Source of the DNA: Octopus sinensis | Taxonomy: Eukaryota | Reading direction: 5' to 3' | NCBI RefSeq assembly: GCF_006345805.1 | Contig: NC_043025.1 | Coordinates: forward strand, 558,001-622,000 | Length of the DNA stretch: 64,000 nucleotides | Part shown: piece after piece, positions 12,801 through 26,188 of the stretch | Layout of the letters: each line of letters opens with the position of its first letter | Numbering within the stretch: position 1 is the stretch's first letter | The notes under the pieces: model-generated | Seen by the model: the letters and a program-made list of their open reading frames with translations, nothing else | What the model was told of the DNA's origin: nothing | The model's database searches: none | Made by a program: the position numbers and the translations under genes

Positions 12801-13573
12801 CATGACGTTAAATGACGTTTAATGACGTGAAATGGCATGACGTTTCTTGACCTTAAATGACATGACGTTAAATGACGTTAAATGACGTTAAATGACGTTA
12901 CATATCATGACGTTATATGACGTGAAATGACGTTAAAAATAATGACCTTAAATGATGTTAAATGACAAGTCGTTAACTGCTTTAAATGACATTAAATAAC
13001 ATGACCTTAAATGACGTTAAATGACATGACGTTAAATGACATGACGTTGAATGACGTTAAATGACATGACACTAAATTACGTTAAATGACGTTAAATAAC
13101 GTGACGTTAAATGACGTTAAATTACATGTTATTTGGCGTTAAGTGACGTTAAATGACGTGAAATGAAATGACGTTAAATGACATTAAATGATATGACGTT
13201 AAATGACATGACGTTAAATCACGTTAAATGACACGACGCCAAATGACGTTAAATGACGTTAAATGATATTAATAACATGACGTTAAATGACATGATACTA
13301 AATGGCATTAAATTATATCACGTTAAATGACGTTAAAAGGCATGACGTTAAATGACATGACTTTAAATGACGTTAAATGACATGACCTGAAATTACTTAA
13401 AATGATGTTAAATGACGTGACGCAAAACAACGTTAAATGATATGACGTTCAATGACGTTAAATGACATGACCTTAAATGATATTAAATGACATTACTTTA
13501 AATGACGTTAAATAACGTTAAATGACGGTACGGTGTTAAATGACGTTAAATAACGTTAAATGACGGTACGGTG
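9865..13573. repeat. Telomere-adjacent satellite of 10-bp ATGACGTTAA and 15-bp ATGACATGACGTTAA monomers with a ~1.11-kb higher-order repeat (~3.3 copies)
   Basis: The diagnostic string gatatgacgttaaatgacatgacgttaaatcacg starts at 9865, 10975, 12083 and 13190 (periods 1110, 1108, 1107). Confidence 0.95.
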
Positions 13574-14344
13574 TTATAGTGAAAGTTTCAGAATTCCTCG
13601 TGCCTTTCAGCTGCATTTGGTTCCAATCGTTCACACTTACATCTCAATACAAATCATAGGTTGGATGCTGCAGCAACTGAAATCACAAGTCAACGCGCAT
13701 TCGCGTTTCTTCATCCTTTTTCCCTTTGTGGATGCGGCCAAGCTTCCATTCGGCGACGCAATACACAGCACTTAGAAGAGGCTCAGACTTCATTCCGCTG
13801 TTTAAACAAGTTTCGTGCAAATCGTTCGCTCTGATGACGCGTCAGAGAACGTTAGGATATTCTCCTAAGCTTAGCCTCGCATCATGCTAGAAATAACAGC
13901 CAGGTACCACATATCGACATTGTTTTTGCTTTTCAGTTTATTGTCTTTTTATTCCCATCCTGAATGCAGATGGTGAAGTCCATGGAGACACGTTCCTTCT
14001 CTTTCCATAGATGCGACCTTCTTTGAGCTAGAAACAACAGGCAGAGTACCCTCAGCCATATCTTAAATCAATTAGCAATTTTGGAATATATTTCACTTTG
14101 AAAAGAAATCACATTTAATTTATTTGGTTTGCAGATTTTTCTGTATTCTTTCTTTCAGCGCGTGAATACTTAAAACGAAAGATTATCGAGATGGATGTCA
14201 GCTGAATTAAAAGAAACGATATTACAGCCATAGCGTGAAATATTTCACGCCTCCTTCTCTCCATGAATACATGTGGAGCAGAAAGTTCAACTATCAGAAA
14301 CATGTATCCGAAGATTTTATTTGTTTTATCAACTAAAATTACAG

Positions 14345-14500
14345 ACAGGGCTTTACGGTAAGAAAGTTGGTTCCCAACCGTATGGTTCCAGGTTCGGTAT
14401 CACTGCGTGGCGCCTTGTCCGAATGTCTTCTGTTATACCTTCGGGTCGACCTAAGAGTAGACTTGGTAGACGGAAACTGAAAGAGGCTCTTCGTATACAC
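14345..14500 (+). mobile_element. Degenerate SINE copy (CORE-type family)
   Basis: ggtaagaaagttgg...caggttcggtatcactgcgtggcgccttg...ttggtagacggaaactgaaagagg. Confidence 0.6.
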
Positions 14501-14504
14501 ACAC

Positions 14505-15475
14505 ACTTTTTTCTTTCTTTCTTTCTTTCTTTCATTCTTCTTTATTTTTTCTTTGTTTGTTTGTTTCTTTCTTTCTTCCTTCATTTCCCTCATTTCTTTC
14601 TTTCTTTCTTCATTTCTTTTTTTCCTTTTTCTTTCTTTCTTTCCTTCTTTCTTTCTTTCTTCCTTCCTTCATTTCTCTCATTCTTTCTTTCCTTCCTTCC
14701 TTTATTTTCCTTATTTCTTTGTTTACTTTCTGTTTTTCATTTCCTTCTTCTTACCCTTCATTCTTTTTTTCTTTCTTCCCTCTCATCTTTCCTTCTTCAA
14801 TCCGTCTTTCATTTTTCTTCCTTTCTTTTTTCTGTCGTTGCTTCGTTTCCTTTCCTTGTCTCCTTTTTCTCTCTCTCCCTCTCACCCTGCTCTTATCCTT
14901 CTCACTTTCTTTCCTTCTTTTTTCCTTCTTTCTTTCTTTTTTCTTTTTTCCCTTCATTCTTTCTATCTTTCCCTCTTTTTCCTTCTAACCTTCTTTCTTT
15001 TCTGTTTCCCCTTCTTTCTTACTTTCTCCCTTTCTTCCTTTATTTCTCCCTTTCTTTCTTTCTCTCTTTCTTTCTTTCTTTCTTTCCTTTCTACTTTCTT
15101 TCTTTCTTTCTTTCTTTGTTTCTGTCTCTCTTTCTTTCTTTCCTTACTGCCTTTTTTCCTTCTTTCTTTCCTTACTGCCATTCTTTCCTTCCTTCTTTTA
15201 CTTCCTTATTTCCTTCATTCCTTATTTCCTTCTTTCCTTCCTTCCTTCTTCCTTCCTTCCCTCCAGCCTTCCTTTCTTTCTTTCTCTCTCCCCGCTCCCA
15301 TTTCATGCATTATTACAGAATCACGTTACTTTATTCCTTCCTTGCTCTTTTCTTTCTTTCCTTCTTTTTTTCTCTTTTCATTCTTCCTTTCTTCTCTCTC
15401 TCTCTCTCTCTCACTCTCTTTCATTCTTTCCTTCTTTTTACTCTCTCTCTCTCTCACTCTCTTTCTTTCCCTTAA
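14505..15475. repeat. Pyrimidine-rich (TTTC/TTCC/TC)n low-complexity tract
   Basis: Almost exclusively T/C on the + strand. Confidence 0.9.
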
Positions 15476-16287
15476 TCTCATTGTTTCCCTCCCAAAACAA
15501 TTTCGACTTTTATAAAAGAATCTCACCTCTCTATTGTCTCGCATCATTCGTGAAACAGCAACCAAACACCTTGAAATTCCTAAAGTTTTTATTTTATAAA
15601 AGCAGGACACTTGACGAAGCGTCTATCAAACATATTGTCCTACAGGTGGTCGGGTAAGATGGTAGAAATAACAGTTCAATACACTATATTCTGCATTGTT
15701 TTTCATGAAAGATTGAAGGAGACGTTAAGAAGCATCCGGAGGAATAATATACAATTGGTGAACCTAGGTGATGCTAGAAATAACAGCCAAGTATATCAAA
15801 GTTTTGTGTTGTCACTCATATAAAAATTAAGGGTACTTAGAAAATCCTCGCTCTCCCACCTCAGCATATATTAATATATCACCCCAAATCTAAGCCGAAT
15901 ACCCCTAACCTCTAAGCCACTTGCCTTCACTCCAGCGACCATGCAAACTGTGTGATGATTGCAGGCAGAGTGAAAGGAAAAGTAAAGAATTGGAAATGTG
16001 AAAAAGCGAAATAAAAAACGAATCAGTGACGTGGAGTCGCAATCTGTACTAATTCCATTGATCAATGTTCGATCTTTATCGATAATGTGTTATAAACACT
16101 ATTTTATATTATTCTCACTCTTTTTAATAATAGGCATCACTCGCCGTCGCTCCGTCCCTTTCTCTCCCTCCACACACCGCACGATGCTCTCTGAAGCGGA
16201 GTTCCATCCAGATGTCCTCACATCCGATTCTCTCATCAATAGGCAAACCGTTGTTCCATCCGCCGTCCGACTTGTGTGTGTGTGCGT

Positions 16288-16324
<37 letters not shown>

Positions 16325-16327
16325 ATA

Positions 16328-16569
16328 TATTGGGTTGGTGCATAATCATTGCGGCTTTTTCAACAAAGTTTATTCAACAAAAACAATAACATGTAACAAA
16401 ACATCTTTAAATGATTATTCCGGAGCACATTCACCATCTACTTCAATAACTACTTCCCATTCGCTTGATAGACGATCATGTAAAGATGTTTTTGATAAAT
16501 AGTTTTATTGTTTTTGTCGAATAATATTTGTTGAAAAATAGCTGCAAATAATTATGCACCAACCCGATT
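16328..16569. mobile_element. Mariner-type MITE
   Basis: Left end tattgggttggtgcataatcattgcggctttttcaacaaag resembles mariner TIRs; right end ttgaaaaatagctgcaaataattatgcaccaacccga is its inverted repeat (~65 bp of imperfect IR). Confidence 0.75.
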
Positions 16570-17002
16570 CTTTACTTGACCCTGGGATGGTGTGATATCT
16601 TGAATTGAGCGTGACATGGATTAAAGTGAGGGAAGGTTGCACAATAGCATCTGACTCACTCTCTCGTCCCTTCCTCTGTGATTCCAGTGGAAGGATGAAG
16701 GCAAGAAAACTACAGACAGGTTGCAGTTGGCCCTCCACAAAGTTTGCCGGTCCGTCGAGCCTGTCTAGTGGTTTCCTCAGCACACTCAACCGGTTCACAT
16801 CCTTAGGTAGACTAGCCCTAGTCCACTAATGGTTAAAGGCCGTTTGCTACCCTTTCCATGGTTTAGCCAGCCTGTGGAAGCCATGAGCCTTGGTGTGGAT
16901 ACTGTTGCATACAGAGGGCATTGATGAACCACAGGTGAGAGGTGGGAGTCACGGGAGGACCAAAGCGGACGGACTACTCCAAGGAGTACTACATATTTTC
17001 CA

Positions 17003-17003
<1 letters not shown>

Positions 17004-17078
<75 letters not shown>
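17004..17078. repeat. (ATT)n microsatellite
   Basis: About 25 perfect ATT units. Confidence 0.95.
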
Positions 17079-17081
<3 letters not shown>

Positions 17082-18265
17082 ATCCCTGTCTGGAATCGAG
17101 AATCGAACTCGGAATCTTAGGGTTAGTAGCCCGCGCTCTTAACCACTGCGTCATATGCCCGTGTGCAATTATGGAGTGAATCTTAGGATCAACACCACTA
17201 AAACCAACCCTATGGCTGCGATATGTTGATGACACGTTTATAGTCTGGCCCCACAAGGAATATGGCCAAGTGCTGTTATATCATGTGAACTCAATAAAGC
17301 CATCCATACAGTTCACAATGGAAAAGGAGAAATACAATCAGCTGGCATTCCTGGACGTATTAATAACATGCACCAAGTATGGATTCAGGACATCCGTATA
17401 CTACAAGCCGACCTTCACCGGACGATACCTCAACTTCAATTCCTACAATCCATACAGTGTAAAGAGAGGGATTGCTCAGTGCCTAAAACATCGAGCAATG
17501 AATATAAGTAGCGATTGTGATACCCACAACGAAGAAATGATCAAGCTAAGTAACAATCTATTAAGTAACAACTACCCCAAAATATACAATCCACTCTAAT
17601 TATGAAGAAAAGAGAGGATGAAACCAATGAACTGTCCACAGTCTGTCTACCCTATGTGAAAGGCTTCTCCGAAAAGATACAAAAGATATGCGGCCCATAG
17701 GACATCAGGACAGTATTCAAGAGTAATACAACACTTAACAAATATTTCCTTCGAGTAAAACCACCAATAGAAGAGAATATGACCAAAGACTGCGTGTACT
17801 CCATCCCATGCAGCTGTGGTAGGTTATACAAAGGCGAAACATGCCTCCCCCTCGAAACAAGGGTAGACGCACATCGCAAAGCTGTGACACGAGGAGATAT
17901 TGATAAAACGGGTATAGGTGATCATGTATGGAAAAATGGAGACCACCTCATCCGGGTGGGATGAAGTTAAAATAATAGACAGAGAACACCACTGGAAAAT
18001 AGGAAAACTAAAAGAAGCAGCACATATGCAAAGACACAACATCCTCCTAAGCAGACCGAGTGCAGATATGAGCAGCATATGGGAACCGGTATTAAGGAAG
18101 GATAGGGAAATATTAGGTTTATAACCCATAAAATTCACTCCATAATTGCCCACAGGCTACTAACCCCAAGATTCCGAGTTCGAATCCAGGCAATGACCTT
18201 AATAATAATAATAACATCGAAAAATACCTTAGGAATGAGAACAACAAACAAAATGAGGACAAATA
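17079..18265 (+). mobile_element. 5'-truncated Penelope-like retroelement (RT C-terminal half + GIY-YIG endonuclease), degenerate, with inverted terminal repeats
   Basis: LWLRYVDDTFIVWPH (~17210-17255), IQFTMEKEKYNQLAFLDVLI and DCVYSIPCSCGRLYKGET motifs; 17079-17181 is the reverse complement of 18133-18215, which has an internal deletion. Confidence 0.85.
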
Positions 18266-18269
18266 AATA

Positions 18270-20110
18270 ATGTATCCTTATTGTAGTTCTCAGCCTTTTC
18301 ACTCGCTACGAATCCTTTCACAACAGCCACAAATGAATCCCATGCTCTTTTTTCTACGTCAGTCATCGAGCACGAGAATGTCTGGCATTTCATTAACTTT
18401 CGGATTTGTGACCCATCAAAAAACACCATCCATTATTTTATCATAACACAGGAAATGCTAGGAAATGCTAAACATATGAATTTGAAACAGCTACTCTTCA
18501 CATTAAGAACTTCGATATATTACTTCATTAGTCTTAGTTTAAAATTAAGGGTTGAGAAAATGATTTTCTCTCGCTCAACAAGTGTTTCGTGTATGATATT
18601 CTTCTCTCCAGAAGTCAAACTTTTCCTTACTTGCCAGAGTTTCCACTCTCTATGATTGTCTCTCGTTTGGTTATCGCATAAACCCAGGAAAGACGGATGT
18701 TTTGTGTAAACTCTTTGTTGACCAAGTAAAAAGTTGAGCATTTTTAGATCCACACATATGACCCATTTGTGTTCATCAGATTTGGGTAAATCTAATTCAA
18801 CTTTTATGTGATCATAATTCTCTTTTAAGTTCACAGAGTGACCAATAGGAAGCGCAGCAAACAAGTTTCAATTATGGACTAACAAACATTTTAGACACTT
18901 CTTTCAGCTATCTATAAACTCACTACGGTCATAGTATCCACCACCCATCGCATTTAACAGCCCCGCCACGTCACAACAGTAAACAAAATAATTTTCAGTT
19001 GTAATGAATGCTAAGAGGACTTTTTCTTTGTTCTGATAAAAAGTCACGTTTCTGCAACACATTCTTCTCTTTAAGCCTAGAAGATAAGTTCCGATAACTC
19101 TTGTGACAGTCCTAGGTCTCTAACGAAATACTTGAGTTCTGCCTGGTTTTCACGTTCTTTGGTCGATGTTACTACAAAGTCTGTATCACTGTCATCTTCA
19201 TGTTTTACATCTACTTCACATATACCAGTTTTATCTTGCAATGACGGTAGATCCTTGAAACTGGGTTTGGGTGTGAAACATTGGACGATTTGATGAATCC
19301 AGATTTGTTCTGTCGCAATCTCTTGCTATAACCAGAAGAATTTGTGAGACAAAAGTAGCAATCTTTAATATGGTTCTTCGGTTCTTACCATGCCATAGGA
19401 ATGCCAAAAGTTAGTTGTTTGTTTGAGTCCTTTGTCGATTGGCATAGATTTTTCGGCACCGGGTTTACATATATTGAGCGGGACCCATGATTTATACCGA
19501 TTGCCAACTTTAATCTTCAGGTAAGTCAATTGAGCAATGTTCATTCTTGGACTTGATACTGTAAAACACCCACAGGTGTCAGGGAATTTCAATCATTTCC
19601 TTCGCAATGACACCATGCTACTGAACCTCTGCATTATTTCAGGAGATAAATGTGAAAAGAGAGAAAAGAACAAAGAGCATATTTATGTATCTAGGTTTGT
19701 CTAAATAGATGTCGAAATACTTGGATAAAATAAATATTCAACAGAAATGTTTAACGATGATGTCTTTTGTACATTTGTTGATAGTAAGAAGAGATTAACA
19801 AAGCAGATTGAGACGACCGAGCGTTGAAGCTCAGAGATATTAGGAAACACACTTCTATACATGTATGTATACGAGGCCAACAGAGCGTCACAACCTCACT
19901 CACTGAATGCTCAACTGACTCTGAGATTCTTACTGCTAAGCTACTCTACCAAAAACACATCGAGAAATTTCTGAAAGATGGAGCTATGGGTGGGTTAATA
20001 TGGACCAGTCCGTAGGGAAAAATCACGTGATGTGATAGAAAAGAAAAATATTGCAATTTTAAAACTTAGTGACCCCAAATTACCCCTAAATAGGTTTCAG
20101 ACTTATAAAT
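18270..20110 (-). mobile_element. Degenerate DNA transposon, probably CMC/Chapaev3-type (copy 2, longer)
   Basis: Transposase fragments KWVICVDLKMLNFLLGQQRVYTKHPSFLGLCD and FDGSQIRKLMK...VEKRAWDSFVAVVKGF..KAENY, with stops and frameshifts. Confidence 0.65.
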
Positions 20111-20147
20111 GGGAAGAGAGGCAGAATGGTAGAGTAATAAATAATGA

Positions 20148-20149
<2 letters not shown>

Positions 20150-20182
<33 letters not shown>

Positions 20183-21263
20183 GCAAAGAAAAGGAGAGGA
20201 GACACACAGGTAGACAGACAGACAGTCAGATACAGGATGGGTCAGAGTTAAAGAGAGAGAAGAAGAGAAAAGGAAAGAGAGAGAAGAGATGAGGTTTAAG
20301 GGAGAGAGAGGAGAGAGAGAGGAAGAGGAGAGAGAGGATAGAGAGACGAGAGAGAGAGAGGAGGAGAGAGGAGAGAGGGGAGGATTGAGGAGATGGGGTT
20401 ACAGAGATGACAAAAGGGAAAGTGAAAGGAGGAGAGAGGAAGGACAAAGAGAGAGAGAAATCAAGAGAGAAAAGAGGAAAGAAGGAAAAAAAGATGAAGG
20501 AAGAAAGAAAGAGAAAGAAAGAAAGAAAAAGAAAAGGATGGAAGAAAGGAATGAAATGAAGGAAGAAGGAAAAGAGAAAAGAAAAGAAGAGGAAAGAAAA
20601 GAAGAAAGAGAAAAGAAGAGTAAGAAAACAAAGAAGGAAGAAGAAAGAAAAGAAGAAAGAAAAGAAGAAGAAAGAAGTGAGAAGAAGAAAGGAAGAAAAG
20701 AGGGAAAGAAAGAAAAAAACGTGAAGTGATTCTGTAATAAAGAACGAGATGAGAATGAGAGAGAGAAAGAGGGGAAGGAGAGAGAGAGAGAATAGAAGAT
20801 AGTAAGAGAGAAAGAATGAATGAAAGAAGGAAACAAGGCTAGAGACAAATAGAAAGAAAGAAAGAAGGAAAGAGAGAGAGAAAGAGAGGGAGAGAATAGA
20901 AGATAGTAAGAGAGAAAGAATGAATGAAAGAAGGAAACAAGGCTAGAGACAAATAGAAAAGAAAGAAAGAGAGAGAGAGAGAAAGAGAGAGAGAGAATAG
21001 AAGATAGTAAGAGAGAAAGAATGAATGAATGAAAGAGAAACAAGGCTAGAGAAATAGAAAGAAAGAAAGAAGAAGTGAGAAGAGAGAGAGAGAATAGAAG
21101 ATAGTAAGAGAGAAAGAAGGAATGAAAGAAGGAAACAAGGCTAGAGACAAATAGAAAGAAAGAAAGAAAGAGAGAGAGAAAGAGAGAGAGAGAATAGAAG
21201 ATAGTAAGAGAGAAAGAAGGAATGAAAGAAGGAAACAAGGCTAGAGACAAATAGAAAGAAATA

Positions 21264-21309
<46 letters not shown>

Positions 21310-21783
21310 AAAGGAAAGAGAAAAACAAAAGAGAAAAAAACGAAAGAAAGATGAAAAGAAGGAAAAGGAAAAGGTGAGAAAGAAAGAAGAATAAAACGAA
21401 AGAGGAAAGAAAGAAAGAACAAGAAAACAAGGAAAGAAAAATATGTAAAGGAAAAAAAAGAAACAAAGGCTAAAAAAGATAAAGAAACAAGAAGAAAGAA
21501 AGAAAGAAAAAAAGAAAGAAAGAAAAGAAAAAGAGAAAGAAAGAAAGAAGAAAGGAAAGAAGGAAAGAAAGAAAGAAAGAAAGAAAAAAAAAAGGAAAGG
21601 AAAGGAAAGAAAGAGAAAAAAAGAAAGAAAGAAGAAAGAAAGGAAGAAAGAAAGAAAGAAAGTCGAAGTGATTCTTTCGTTCTTTGAAGAGAGGAGGAGG
21701 GAGAGTGAGTGGGAGAAAAAGCGAGAGACGGAAAGAGAGGGAGAAAGATGGAGAGTAAGAAGGAGAGAGAGAGAGAGAGGATT
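20150..21783. repeat. Purine-rich low-complexity region with about 5 units of the same minisatellite as 3340-4490
   Basis: The aaggctagag(ac)aaatag core recurs at ~20835, 20940, 21040, 21137 and 21237. Confidence 0.85.
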
Positions 21784-21972
21784 AGAACAAAACATAATTG
21801 ATAGAGAGGGAGAGTAGGAGTTGAGAGACAAGGAGAAAATAGGCGGAGAGTTAATATATAATGAGGTAAGAGAGAGAGGGGGGAGTGACAGTGACAGGGG
21901 TTGGAAGATAGAGAGAGAGAGAGAGTAAGAAAAGAGAGTGAGAAAGAGAGAGGCAAATAATGAGACAGACAA

Positions 21973-22014
<42 letters not shown>

Positions 22015-23385
22015 ATAGAGAGAGAGATAGAGAGAGAGACTGATAGAGAGAGAGATAGAAAGGGAGTAAAGAAGGATATATAAGCTTAGCAAAAGAGGGA
22101 AAGTATGAGGTAAGAGATAAAAGCAAAGAAGGCGTAGTCATATAATGAGGGGGGGGAGAGAGAGAGGTTTGGAAATTGAGGGGGAGGGATTGACGTGGGC
22201 GAGAAAGCAAAAGAAGTAGAGGGATATTATGATATATGAGGTGGTAAAGAGGGAGAGAGAGAGAGAGAGAGAGTGAGGGGGTCTCCTCTGAGACAACGAT
22301 GGGAGAGGGAGTGTATCGGTTGAGAGAGGGAGTGAAAGAATTGGAGAAGCACAGCGAAGGATATGTGTGTGTGTGTAGAGGGTTTTTTAAGTGTCCTTAT
22401 TTCTTATAGGAAAACAATACAAAATTTTAGCGTACGTGGCTGTTATTTCTAGCATCACGTAAGACCACCAGAAGGACAATATTTCTCCAGATGCTTTTTA
22501 AAGTATCCTTCAGTCGTGCATGAAAATGATACAATGAGCTATTATTTCTAGCAAGATACCGGACCACCTGTAGAACAATACGAAGCATCGTTGGTCTTTC
22601 TTGAATGATGCGAGACAATATAGGGGTCAGATTGCTTCATAAAGTTTTCTGAAGTTATCCTTCACTTACATACATAAAAAAGGATAAACAAAGGGAATTT
22701 GAAGTCCCTTGGTTTGTGTTTTCAGCATCAATACTGGCCACTTTGACGGGGGCAGATTTATGATTCTTTAAGACCTTTCAGTTCTCTATGAAAAAGAACA
22801 CAAATTTCTGAGCACTTGACAGTTATTTCTAGCATGATGTGAAGTCCTCTATAAGACAATTCTTTTAATAATGGTTTCTTAAATTGTCCTTCAATGACTG
22901 AACTATTTTCATTAAATTAGTTAAATAATTAATTAGTTAGTAATCAACGTAAACAAGAAAACAATTTTAAGGCAAATCTGAAAATATAATTTATTAGAAG
23001 GACAGAAGCGTCTGAGAAATAAAATTAAAGGAAGAGGGAAAGGGTAATGTATAATGCGGTGGGGGGAGTGGGAAAAGGGAGAGGACGGGGTGTGATAGGT
23101 TAATGCATGGGGGTAACAGAGAAAGAGAGGGGGTGAGTATGAGACATAGAGTTGCGGCAAGTGAGGGAGAGGATAAGGTAAGTGATGTAGCAAGGGAGGT
23201 GGAGAGATTGAAATGAATGTGTAACGAGATGGTGAGAGAGAGGAGAGAAAGAGGGATAACTCGAATATATGATGTAGATGCGAGGAATAGAGAGAAAGAG
23301 AGAGAGGGGGAGAGGGTAGGAAAGAGAGAGAGAGGGGGAGAAAGCAGATGTGAGGAAAACAGTGTGTGAGGTAAGAGAATCAATA

Positions 23386-23625
23386 AGAAGGCGGCGAGCT
23401 GGCAGAAACGTTAGCACGCCGGACCAAATGCTTTGTGGCATTTCGTCCGCCGTTACGTTCTGAGTTCAAATTCCGCCGAGGTCGACTTTGCCTTTCATCC
23501 TTTCGGGGTCGATAAATTAAGTACTAGTTACGCACGGGAGTCGATGTAATCGACTTAATCCGTTTGTCTCTCCTTGTTCGTCCCCTCTATGTTTAGCCCC
23601 TTGTGGGTAGTAAAGAATTAAGCCG
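23386..23625 (+). mobile_element. tRNA-derived SINE with Meta-type central domain
   Basis: aaggcggcgagctggcagaaacgttagcacgccgg...ctgagttcaaattccgccgaggtcgactttgcctttcatcctttcggggtcgataaattaagtac. Confidence 0.8.
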
Positions 23626-23717
23626 GAGTTATATAGCGATATATATATAATACGGGAGAAAAGAGAGAGAGAGAGAGGGGGAGAGAGAGTGACTGAGACG
23701 GAGAGAGATTGACATCA

Positions 23718-23999
<282 letters not shown>

Positions 24000-24001
<2 letters not shown>

Positions 24002-26088
24002 AGTTCTTTATTAGCCACACAGGGCTGCACACAGATGGGACAAATTACAAGGCAGAGCTTTTCTTTTGGGGGATGAAAAAAAAAGTGGCGTAGGTTTTCG
24101 ATCAAAAGGGATCGTAAAAGGGAGAAAAGAAAAAAAGAAAAAAAGGGAAAAGAACAAAGAAAAGAAAAAAAAGAAAGAAGAAGAAAAAGAGGAAGAGGAA
24201 CATAAACGATCAATAGGGATCGTGTATCACAGTGTCATGATGTACGGTGTAAAGGGGTAGGCAGATAAGGTTTATCCGTGGGAAGAAAAGCCTAGGAAAA
24301 AGACAACGGTAACCTCGGTCAATATTGTTATATGTTACCACATTTGTTTGCAAGTGGGTAATCCTCTGTTTTCAATTTCTGGGTTCATAGGATTATGCTC
24401 AAGGTGGCTTCGTCATTCATACGTGCCATCCTTTCTACATTCACCCATCTTTTTTTAGAACATTCGCTAGACAAAACTTGCCTCTCTACTCTCACTTTCC
24501 TCTTCAAGTGGTACTTGAAGAAGTTGACGAGAGATTGACCAGAGAGGAAAGTGTTTGTCTCCAATCCTTTCAGACGCGTCCACCAGATGCATTTCTTTCG
24601 CCATAGCCACAAGGATGATGAAAATAGCTCTTCCTTCCCGTTTGAAGGAAAGAGGCGTGACAATATTGACGATAGACTCAGCTGATAAACCGACTCGACC
24701 CACACGTGACAGCAGTTGTTCGACATAAGCCCACAGGTCGGAAATTGTTGGACACTGCACGAGTGCGTGCAGAACGGTTTCGTCGCTCTGACCGCATCTC
24801 GGGCAGGTCGGCCCCGTGTTTCTCGAGCCGTGTCTGTAGAGCTTATCCCGAACGGGTAGTGCTTCTCGGTAGCACTGCCAGGCCAGGGATCTCTGGAAGT
24901 TGTCCATGGGCCCTGGCCGAAAGTAGTCCCGACAGGCGGGTCAGGTATTCCTCGTCGACGTCCAGGTTCGCCCCGAGCTCATCGTCGTACCTCCCCTCCA
25001 CTAATCCCCTATAGAATGCTTTGGTTGTGATGGAGTCACTCAAGGTTGACCCAGGACGGCAGAGTTGCTTGAGAGCAACGCGACACTCGCGATGCCATTC
25101 GCCCTTCCTCGGCCTCTTTTTGATCTACAATTGCATTTCGGTCAAGGAGACGAGCTGCGGGAACGCGTGCCTCACAAACGGTGACCACACCTGTTCACCG
25201 TCGTCTACGAAGAGCCTGAGATGTCGCAGTCTCAGCGCATGTCTGCGCATCATCAACCACGGCATGCCCAGCCCTCCTTTTAACGGGAGTTGGCAGCAAA
25301 TGAATCGTCTGACCATCGGGACGCATCCTTTCCACAAGAAGCGAAAGAGAATACGTTCTAGTTTGGTGACGGTAGGGTCGGAACAAGGCACGACGGTCAG
25401 GCGGTAGTAGATGATGGACGCGATGTACGTGTTCGCCACTTCCGCCCGACCTTTTAGGGACAGTTTCCTCTCGGCCCATTGCTGGGCGAGAGTGACCACC
25501 CTACTCGTTATCTCGTTCCAGTTCTTCTCCATTTGGAGGTCCGGACTGAACCAGACCCCGAGCAACTCGACCGGACCGTCGGTCCAGCGTCCCACAACGG
25601 AGGCGCTGGTGGACGGCATGGGTTTGCTTCTCCAGGTGCCTAGTCGCAAGCCCACTGACTTTTCCCGGTTGATTTTTGCTCCTGTCACTGCTTCGTAGTT
25701 TTTCAGTGTCTCGCCGACCTGCTCGATGTGCTCGTGGCTAGACACTATGACGGTGACGTCGTCCGCGTATGCAGACACGCTCGTCCCGCATCCCAGTTCT
25801 CACGGGATGCCCCTCAGAGTTGCCAGCTTCCGCAATAGTGGCTCGAGAGTCAATACGTATAGAAGCGACGAGAGGGGGCATCCCTGAGGAACCGAACGTG
25901 CGATGTCGAAAGTTCTCGATAGATGTCCATTTACGCGAACTCCCGAACGGATGCCTCTGTACAAAGTGGCTATCCAGCCGCGGAAGACGGGACTGAAGCC
26001 AGCCGCTCTGAGGACTGCCTCCAAGTATCGATGGTCTACCCTATCGAAAGCTTTCGATTGATCAGCGCCCCACCCATGCCAGGTTCGT
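24000..26088 (-). mobile_element. Tx1/L1-clade non-LTR retrotransposon ORF2 (RT + C-terminal zinc finger) and 3' UTR, frameshifted, cut by the gap
   Basis: DQSKAFDRVDH, SVPQGCPLSSLLY and SAYADDVTV RT motifs; CPRCGQSDETVLHALVQC zinc finger; GC-rich relative to the flanks. Confidence 0.88.
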
Positions 26089-26188
26089 NNNNNNNNNNNN
26101 NNNNNNNNNNNNNNNNNNNNNNNNNNNNNNNNNNNNNNNNNNNNNNNNNNNNNNNNNNNNNNNNNNNNNNNNNNNNNNNNNNNNNNNN
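26089..26188. other. Assembly gap (100 N)
   Basis: Run of N; the round size suggests a scaffolding gap of unknown length. Confidence 0.99.

Noticed and set aside
9865-13573. CRISPR-like or coding interpretation of the short-repeat array
   Set aside because: No unique spacers, no cas genes, eukaryotic context, and stop codons throughout; it is a satellite.
16575-16990. GC-richer segment resembling a LINE 5' UTR
   Set aside because: No diagnostic protein motif or termini; cannot be assigned without a database search.
17090-17160. Functional tRNA gene, and an internal ttagggttag telomere-like 10-mer
   Set aside because: The acceptor stem is not intact and it sits in a retroelement terminal repeat; the 10-mer is not conserved in the second copy.
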